Below are positions 34,905-42,623 of a stretch of 42,623 nt of DNA, in pieces. The notes beneath the pieces were generated by a model. It was not told the DNA's origin. It worked only from the letters and a program-made list of their open reading frames with translations, and made no database searches. The position numbers and the translations under genes were made by a program. Position 1 is the stretch's first letter. The number at the start of each line of letters is the position of its first letter. Source of the DNA: Fonticula alba ATCC 38817 (lineage: Eukaryota > Protista > Nucleariida); the NCBI GenBank assembly GCA_000388065.2, contig KB932203.1. One strand, written 5' to 3'.

Positions 34905-35896
34905 TTGGATCCTTTCGCCTCTGCGCCTGGGAGAGAGCTGTTTTTTTCTGGTGTGTGGGCTTGTGGAAGCGCCCACCGAAAATGGGCTTGGTCTCGGGGG
35001 GACAGGCCTGAGCTGGTGGGACTCCTGCTTTGTTGGGCAACCACAAGATGGGCTATTGGCAGGAACTAGGGGGGGGGGGGGAGACCCATGTGAAAGGGCC
35101 GCGAGGGCCGTGCGCGGGACGATTGGAAGGCGCTTCGTCCGGGTGGGTGGGGACTTTTGGGGCGTGTGTCGGGTGGTGGTGGAGATGTAGCGGTGTTCCG
35201 GGGTGTCGAGGCGTCGGGTGGGCGAGGATTTGACGCCGGCGAGCGCGTGCCCAAGTAGGGCAGGCACGCCGGCCCAAGAGGTTGGATCACCTTGGAGGAC
35301 CAATGCGCTGTGGTGTCGTGCCTCGGGGCCCATGTCCCCCGGGATGCCTGCGGCGTGTCTAAAGCGGGAGGTCCTGGCCAGAGTGCACGGCCGCATGGAG
35401 CGGCGTCCAGAGGACGGGGCAGGGTTCTTTAGCCAGGCAGCTCCACGGTCGGGGCGGGGCCCGGCAGGCCCGGCGGGCGATCGTGCTTTCCACGGCCAGC
35501 CGGCGAGGGCGGGGTGCCTGGCTGTGCGGTCATGGTGGCGGGTCCGGGGCGGGGACCGAGGAGACGGGACATGGAGGAGGGGGCTGGGGCCTGATCGGGT
35601 TTATTTTTGATCCGACATCGTGGTGCTATTCGCCCGGTTGCCCAAGCACCACCGGAAGATGCTGCAATGGGAAGTTGGGGCAGACACGCGGCGTGGGTGG
35701 TATTTCCCGCGAGGAGTTGTCCAGGGGGGGGGGGGGTGAGTTGGCGCGACCGATGTTTACTCGCCCCGCGTGCCAACGGTTTTCTTCGCACAATCGAGAC
35801 CCCCCGGACGTGAGATCGTGTGCGCGCTGTGTCTGGCAAGGGCGCTCCGCATAAGTGCACTTTTCGTTGGTATGCATCCACGCGCGTGGTCACCAT

Positions 35897-35935
35897 TGTA
35901 TGTAGGTGTATGTAGGTGTATGTAGGTGTATGTGT

Positions 35936-35993
<58 letters not shown>

Positions 35994-36080
35994 ATGTGCG
36001 TGTGTGCATGTGCGTGTGTGCATGTGCGTGCGTGCATATGTGCGTGTATGTATGCATGTGTGCGTGCGTGCGTGCGTGTG
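35897..36080. repeat. Compound microsatellite: (TGTATGTAGG)3, (TG)n and mixed TG/CA/CG/TA alternating tract
   Basis: Directly visible; strict purine-pyrimidine alternation from 35926 to 36080. Confidence 0.95.
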
Positions 36081-36646
36081 GGCGGTTGTCTCCGAACGAT
36101 GTGCCGTGTGCTCGGGTGTCGTTATGGTCTAAGCACCCTTCCGGCGATCAAGGGCGTGCGCACGGGCCAGCTTGGCGTTTCCAGAGGGGCAGTCCCCCGA
36201 CGGCGCGGTGGTACTCGGGACGCGCGAGCGGGGGCGAGGAGGAGAGATGGGCCAAGCGCCGGGCACCTCTGGCCACCAGGTCACTCCGGCGACATGGCCG
36301 TGGTCGGCGCCAGAGACTGGGCGTGTAGCCCGGGTCCCACCGGCCGACAACAAGAGGCCGCTGAGTGGCGGGGCTTCCCGGGGTCGAGTCCCCCCCCCCC
36401 CCCCCCTCCCGCCACGAAGAAGGGCGGCGGCGGTCCAGAAGGGGCAGGTGTGGGCCCCCCAGCCGCTAGGCCGGCTGCTTGCGTCGGCCCGGGTTGCTGG
36501 GCGGTTGGGGTCTCCCCGCAGCCGGTGCGGCCTCTCGCGTCCGGGGTGGTTGCGGTGGGAGGGCACACGGGGCATTCTCTTTTTTTTTTCTTCATTCGGT
36601 AGCCAAGCATAGGCCAGGGGCGGCCCGGACGGTGGCCTCCGGGGCC

Positions 36647-36656
36647 CTATATAAGG
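36647..36656 (+). promoter_or_regulatory. TATA box (CTATATAAGG) upstream of the kinase-less furin-repeat gene
   Basis: TATATAAG in a very GC-rich context, followed by a C/T-rich leader, with the ATG about 190 nt downstream. Confidence 0.65.
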
Positions 36657-36841
36657 ACCCACGGAGGGAGGCAAGTGAGTGGTTCACGGTAGGCAGATGA
36701 CCTCCCCCCCCCCTCTTTAGGTCCCCCCCCCCCCCTCGCCCCTTCCAGCGTTGCTCTTTCTCCAACGACTCCACCTCCCCACCCCTCATCCTTCATCCCT
36801 CCTGGCTTCGTACAAAAGCCGACGGCCGATCTCCATCGCAC

Positions 36842-39800
36842 ATGCGAAGCAAGGCCCCTCGCTTGCGCCCAAGCAGGACGGCCCTCCTGGGGCTGGTCCT
36901 GCTTCTGGGCCTGGTAGCCTCGATCCTGGGCGCCGTAAGGGCGGCCGATTGTGCGGAGGGATTCTTCAGCAGCCCGACCGGCTCTTGCCTTCCGTGCAAT
37001 GTGTCCTGCTCCACGTGCACCCGGGCCGAGTCTTGCCTTACCTGCCTGCCGGGACTGGTGTTCCTTTCGTCGGACCCAAATGTGGAGAGCCTCTGCAGCC
37101 ACACGTGCCTGCCGGGGGACTATCGCTCGATCCTCAACCGATGCCTGCCCTGCGACCCGAGCTGCCGCGACTGCTCCGACAACTACCAGAAGTGCTACAA
37201 TTGCTCGGCGAATCATGGTTGGGCCGATACGCATTTTATCGGCGGCTCGGGCGAGGTATCCACCTGTAGCCGGTGCTCGAAGAATTGCGTCAGCTGCAGC
37301 CGGAGCTCCGGATTCTTTGTCTGCCATGCATGCACGGCGGGCTTCGCCCTCGACCCCCTGGGCGATTGTATGGCGGTAGATGAGCCGGGCTTCTGGAAGG
37401 ATTCAACATCACAGCGGTTTCTGTCATGTGCTCCCACATGTCGGACATGTACCGGGCCGTCGGCGAACGAGTGTCTTAGCTGCGTCGGGGACCTGTCGCT
37501 GGAACTCCAGCCGGGACGTGCGGTGGGGCACTGTGTGTCCAGCTGCCCGGCGGGCAAGGTGCCGATTCCCGAGGTGCCGGGCTTGTGTGTATCGTGCCAC
37601 TATTCCTGCGGGCAGTGCTTCGGGCTGGCGCAAGACCAGTGCTGGGCTTGCCAGCCGGGGAGGGTCCTCCTCGGTACCGAGTGTGTGTCCACCTGCCCGG
37701 ATGGATACTACGCGACGGAGGGCCGGTGCGAGCGGTGCCATGTGTCTTGCGACAGGTGCACGGGTCCGTCGAATACTCAGTGCCTGGGCCAATGCTCGGC
37801 GGGCTTGCTGTCGTTGGATGTGCCGACCGGCGGCGGCGGCGGCGGCGGCGGCAGCAGCCGAGCGTGTGTCACCCAGTGCCCGGCCGGAACGACCGTATGG
37901 CCTGATGGCAGTTGCTCCAGGTGCAGCGCCAATTGCGCGACTTGCCACTACCTGGAGGGCGCGTCAGCCGCAACGGATGTCCCATGCGCCAAGTGCGCCA
38001 GCGGGTGGCTGTTGAACACGGCGACCGGCAAATGCGTGTCGGCGTGCCCCGAGAGGGCGAGTCGCGTTGGCACGGAGTGTTATACCTGCTCGGACGGATG
38101 CTCCGATTGTGTGGGCCCGGGTGGTGAGCATTGTCTCAGCTGCAGGCGCACCCATCCCTTTCACCTCCCGAGCGGGTGCTATGAGCGATGCCCGGCGGGG
38201 AGCTATGCCTCCGGGGAGGACTGCCTGCCATGTGACTCGACATGCCGGGAGTGCTCCGGGCCGGGACCCGCCAAGTGCACCAATTGCTGGCACGACAATG
38301 TCCTGACCATGGACGGCAAGTGCATGGGGTCCTGCCCAGGGGGATACTTTGTCCAAACCCGGGGGCCGCAGGATTCCGCAGCCTGCCAGCCCTGCTCGGC
38401 CATGTGCAGCAGCTGCCTCCGAGAGGATTGGTGCATGGCCTGCCAGGAGGATGCCTTCCTCGTAAAGGGGTCCTGCCTGGCCGAGGGGTGCCCCCAAGGG
38501 TGGACCATTTGCCCGGATTCCAATGAGTGCATCGCCTGCGACGAAAACTGCCTTCAATGCGAGGGCCACTCGGACAATTGGCAGGGAACCTGCCAGCAAC
38601 GGTGCACCAAGTGCGCCGAGCCGCTGGTGTTCTTCCCGGAGGAGGGTTTGTGCATCGAGAAGTGCTCGCCGTCGGGCATTCCGGCGTATGTGAGGAAGGG
38701 CGAGTGTGTCGCTTGTCAGGAGAATTGCCGCACCTGCCACGAGAAGGTCAGCATGTGTACCTCCTGTCGGGATGCCGACCAGTGGCTGATGGTGGACACG
38801 GGCGAGTGCAAGGATGCCTGTCCGAATTCGGGCTTCGCCGGTGTTGACAGCAGGATTATCGGCGATCATGATACCAGCAAAATGTGCTTCACCTGTCCGG
38901 AGAATTGCGACAAGTGCAGCGACTGGTCTTGGCAGGACAATTCGCACTCGAGCGGCTACACCTCGGAAAGCTCGGACAGCTACGAGAGGAGGACCCTGTG
39001 CGCGATTAGCCACGAGGATGGATCGCTGAAGTGCCCGTGGCGTTTCGAGTGCGACCGCTGCAAGAGTCCCCTGGTGCTGATGCCGAAGGATCGGACATGC
39101 GTGTCCGAATGTCCGGTCGGCACCTTTGTCGGGTACAGTCCGTATGATCCCAATGCGAGGGCGTGCATCGACTGCCAACCGGGATGCCTCGAGTGCACGG
39201 GCAATACCCATTGGGAATGTACGCGCTATGAGAAGAGTGGCGCTTCTCGGAGCCTAGGTATGTCCGGTCTCGGGCGTGATCGGCGGTCGGGGGGGGGGGG
39301 GGGCGGGGGCGGGGGCCATCGCGCTTTGCATCGATGGGCCGCCGGTCGGCCGCGCTGACCGGCAAGATGACTGACTTTTATTTGCCCCCGGCTGCCAGCC
39401 ATTGGTCTGGGCGTGGGCCTGGGCATCTTGGGCCTGCTGATTGTTGGAGGCCTGGTGGCCGGGTTCCTGGTGCTGCGGGCGCGCAAGTCGGCCGCCTCCA
39501 AGGGTGCGTCCCGGAAGGGCATGCTTGTCGGGTGATGGGGGAGAGGAGCTCCCGGGTCTCTTGGCCGGCTGACTGACATTTTGAGGCGCACCGTGCCGAC
39601 TGGACGCCACCATCTGTGTGGCTTCCGCGGCTTCCATGCCATTGGCTGTCGCCTGGGGATGGTGCGGCGCAGAATCCATCTCGATGAGTGTCATCCGTGG
39701 TGCGTGTTTACTTTCCCCCGGGAATGGGCGCGGCGGGGGGCGGGGCGGATCGAGGGGGCAACATCACACCTCGACCAGGAGGGGCCATGGGTGTTGGTAC

Positions 39801-39843
39801 TGACGGCATGCTTCGATCCGTCCTCCTTCTACATGTAGACTGA
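36842..39843 (+). CDS. Single-pass furin-like Cys-rich surface protein without a kinase, about 850 aa; exon 1 36842..39257, exon 2 from 39399; ends at TGA 39535 or via small exons 39673..39699 and 39839..39843
   Basis: Signal peptide (RTALLGLVLLLGLVASILGAVRA), then tandem CxxCxxxCxxC repeats. Phase-1 intron 39258-39398 (GTATGT, CTGAC, CAG) leads to TM AIGLGVGLGILGLLIVGGLVAGFLVL and basic RARK. No kinase motifs were found downstream. The 3' end is uncertain. Confidence 0.85.
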
Positions 39844-40162
39844 TTGTGCAAGTGCGCTGAGCGGCGAATCGGCTGCGCGAGCGGGGCCATGGACGCATCC
39901 ATGGCCGGACTGACGTGGCTCTTTCTTTGGCGTCTCCTTGCTGCGGAGCCCGCTGCCCAATGGATATGTGTTCTCCGATGGGTTGCTGACCGAAAAAGGG
40001 CCTGGCGGGGGGGGGGGGATGTGAGGGGAGAATGTCTGTCGGTTGGCCGGGCATTTGGACAAGTAGCCAGGCGGGTTGGTGGCGCTGGGATGAGAACATG
40101 CTTGCTTGTGTGCATAGAAGAGCAAGGGGAGCACGGTGTTTGCTGTTGCCCTCCCTCTATCG

Positions 40163-40163
<1 letters not shown>

Positions 40164-40201
<38 letters not shown>
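40164..40201. repeat. Poly-C plus (CT)n microsatellite
   Basis: Directly visible. Confidence 0.85.
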
Positions 40202-40202
<1 letters not shown>

Positions 40203-40964
40203 GGTCTGTGCATGCTCGTGCTTACGTGTCTAGGTGTGTCAGTCAGCCAGCGTGCGTCGATGTTCTGGCGCGCACGCATACGAATGGGAGGCGGCATGAG
40301 CTGGACAAGCTTGCAGCCGGCCTATCCGGCCATGCTAATGTTGCCTCTCGCGGCTTTTGGCGCTGGTGAAGCGGGGCGGGTCAATGCCTCGAGGGGGGGG
40401 GGGGGCCTTCTTCGAGAGCTTGCGCTTGATCCCCTGCGGTTAGGACGTTTCGACAGACGCCCCGCCGCTGCGCCTTCCATGGTATCGGCGGAACATCGGC
40501 CACGACCCGGGTCCTGCGCGTGACTCTTGTGGTGCTGGGACGAGAGCACCTTTCCTGGCCCGGAGAGCGGGCGAGGCCATGTGCCAGTGCGGGGTCGGCG
40601 GAGGGAGCCTCTGCCAGGCCCGGGAAGGGTTGGAAGGGCGAGAGAAGGGGCAACAGAAGCCGGGTCGGTTTTTCCTTTCCGCCTTCACTCGCCGGCCTTT
40701 GCGAACCCATGCACGCACAAGGGGGCATGTCTGTGGCCGGAGGGGCAGCATTGGTAGGCAGTGAGCGGGACCGCACCGCGGGCAATATGTACAGGAGGGC
40801 AGGGGGAGGGGAGCAGTCCAGGGGTCGAGAGGAAAGCCCGCACCAGTGACCCCGGGGCGAAAAAGGGCGCCGGGTTTGGCGCCGGCGCGGGCACTGCGTC
40901 GTTGCCCGGGCCCCCCTCCCCCAAGCAGTGTGCGTCTCCTGGCGAACTAGAATGGGACAGTGCG

Positions 40965-40965
<1 letters not shown>

Positions 40966-40997
<32 letters not shown>
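40966..40997. repeat. (TG)n microsatellite
   Basis: About 15 TG units. Confidence 0.9.
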
Positions 40998-40999
<2 letters not shown>

Positions 41000-41050
41000 G
41001 AGGAGGGGGGGGGGGGGACACAGGAGTGATGACCGGTTATGGTGCAGGGC

Positions 41051-41800
41051 TCACGTGGATCCGATCCTACGTCGAAGGAGTGAGGTTGTGCCGGAGGCCG
41101 CATCGGACACCGGCTCCTGGTCCGGGGCGTTCGAGGCTCCAAAAGAGGGCGAGCTGAACCCGGGAATATGCTGTTGCCTGGAAGGTGCAAGAGAGTCTTG
41201 CAACTCGGCCTGCGGCGAGCTGGAAAGCAAGCAAAGCAAAGGAGGTTGGATAAAATGAGAGGGCTTCGAGAGAGGGGGGGGGGGCGTAGAGCAGGTGTTC
41301 GCAGGTGTGATTGGTGTGTCAGTGATGTGGCTCTTCGACACATAGCTGGCAGGGTCTTGGCTCCGAGGAGACTCCAGCGAGAACATCGCCCCTTGAACCG
41401 TCGGGTCCCCCCCCCCGGTCAAAAGGGGCAGATCTGGGAGCTCCGCGCTGGCGCGGTGCTCAAAGCCCGAGCGGAGGCGACCACTCCCGGCGACCGGCTC
41501 TCTCGCCGCATTCCTGCGAGGTGGGGCATTGTCAGAAGCATCTGCAGTACCGAAAAATCTAACGATGTTGTTCAGCTTCGGGAGCACACAAGGTTCCTCC
41601 TTCCGGTGAGCATTCTCCCACACCTCCCGCCTCAGTCGGCGGATTCTTTCTCCATGATACACCAACTCCGCGTCCCTCAGCCCTGAGGTCTCTGAGATCG
41701 CCCCCTCATCTTTCACTTCGGCATAACCGGTCCAAGGGTCTCTGGGACGACCCCGCATCTTTCCCCACCGCACAACTGGCTCACGTTGGACCGAATTCAT
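41051..41800 (-). CDS. Hypothetical protein (249-aa ORF, possibly spliced in its 3' half)
   Basis: Mixed-charge, protein-like N-terminal half (DPWTGYAEVKDEGAISETSGLRDAELVYHGERIRRLRREVWENAH), an upstream TATA box, and locally lower GC. No recognisable domain. A branch/polypyrimidine/CAG signal near 41310-41220 suggests an intron. Confidence 0.35.
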   Translation of the reverse strand: MNSVQREPVVRWGKMRGRPRDPWTGYAEVKDEGAISETSGLRDAELVYHGERIRRLRREVWENAHRKEEPCVLPKLNNIVRFFGTADASDNAPPRRNAAREPVAGSGRLRSGFEHRASAELPDLPLLTGGGDPTVQGAMFSLESPRSQDPASYVSKSHITDTPITPANTCSTPPPPLSKPSHFIQPPLLCLLSSSPQAELQDSLAPSRQQHIPGFSSPSFGASNAPDQEPVSDAASGTTSLLRRRIGST

Positions 41801-42080
41801 GCGGGCACTCTGGCAAAAGTATTATTGCATTAAACAAAATGTGACCTTAGATGGCTTGATAATGTGAGAGCGACAGCCAACGAACGGACCGCTGGTTGGG
41901 AGGCCTTTCTCCGGTTTGTGTTTGGTGCGGCCCTCTCGGTGGTGTGTGAAACGCAGCGGTGTGATCCCTGGGTGGAATCGGGCAACGCGTGGATGAACGG
42001 TAATGTGTATATCTGGGTGCAAAGGGAATATACAATAGGCAGCGATGCAGACGCATCGGTGGACAGAACAGGGGCCGCAA

Positions 42081-42090
42081 CCTTATATAC
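42081..42090 (-). promoter_or_regulatory. TATA box (GTATATAAGG on minus strand)
   Basis: Plus-strand CCTTATATAC has the same TATATAAGG core as the box at 36647 and lies about 280 nt upstream of ATG 41800. Confidence 0.5.
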
Positions 42091-42285
42091 CTAGGCTGCG
42101 GCATTCATACAAGCGTTGGCAGTAGTGGGGATCACGTGTCGTGTCACGAGCGGGGCATTTCATGTGTCCCTCCCCCCCTCGCTCGCCGGGTTCCCTACGG
42201 GCGGTAGAGAGGCTGTCTGTGGATCTATTTGTGGGCGTGGGCTGCATGCGCGGGGCGCCTCTCCCAGGGTGCATGGCAACTTCTG

Positions 42286-42318
42286 TTTCCCCCCTCCCCC
42301 TTCCCCCCCCCCTCTCTC

Positions 42319-42362
<44 letters not shown>

Positions 42363-42430
42363 TCTCTGTCTGTCTGTCTGTCTGTCTGTGTGTGCGCGCG
42401 CGCCTCTCTTTTCTTCTCGCCCTCTCCCTC
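42286..42430. repeat. C/CT/CTGT-rich compound microsatellite in the putative 5' leader of the edge gene
   Basis: Poly-C, (CT)n, (CTGT)n, then TG and CG dinucleotides. Confidence 0.85.
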
Positions 42431-42445
42431 GGCCCCTCTCATCGT

Positions 42446-42623
42446 ATGTTGGCTTCAAGGACGGCCGTGCGAGCCCTGCGTGCGTGGGGCTCGCCGGCAT
42501 TGGCGACGGCAGTGGCGGCCCGGCGGGGCTGGTCTCTGGCCGGTGTATGGTCCCCGGCCGCCCGGGCCCAGGCTTCCCCCCTGGCCACCCACTGGGACGT
42601 GTATGCGACAGCGTGCCCGGCCA
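42446..42623 (+). CDS. 5' end of a gene with a probable mitochondrial targeting presequence (partial, runs off the window)
   Basis: ATG after a long CT-rich leader. MLASRTAVRALRAWGSPALATAVAARRGWSLAGVWSPAARAQASPLATHW is Arg/Ala/Leu/Ser-rich with no acidic residue in the first 50 aa and stays open to the window end. Confidence 0.5.
   Translation, partial: MLASRTAVRALRAWGSPALATAVAARRGWSLAGVWSPAARAQASPLATHWDVYATACPA

Noticed and set aside
30600-35900. Long ORFs in the spacer between kinase 2 and the kinase-less gene
   Set aside because: Low complexity, interrupted by gaps and homopolymers; no domain or coherent splice structure found.

Overview
GC-rich eukaryotic genomic window with spliceosomal introns (GTGCGT/GTATGT donors, CTGAC/CTAAC branch points), G/C homopolymer runs, microsatellites and five N gaps. 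Composition and gene content resemble the amoeba Fonticula alba; this is an inference and was not verified. Four genes are well supported once introns are resolved by hand. (1) A plus-strand receptor-like TKL kinase at 4571-10810 (about 2044 aa): signal peptide, two uncharacterised ectodomains, a furin-like Cys-rich stalk, one TM helix and a non-RD (HCD/DLG) kinase. (2) A 13-exon minus-strand Armadillo-like repeat gene at 15420-19051 (about 578 aa) that the ORF track does not show as one ORF. Each internal exon encodes one 41-47 aa repeat, seven are exactly 129 nt, and all 12 introns are phase 1. (3) A paralogous receptor kinase at 22287-30551 interrupted by one in-frame TAG at 26438-26440. 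(4) A furin-repeat membrane protein at 36842 to about 39535/39843 that lacks both the head domains and the kinase. A weak minus-strand ORF and the probable 5' end of a mitochondrion-targeted protein gene diverge at the right edge. No rRNA, tRNA, CRISPR array or recognisable transposon was found.
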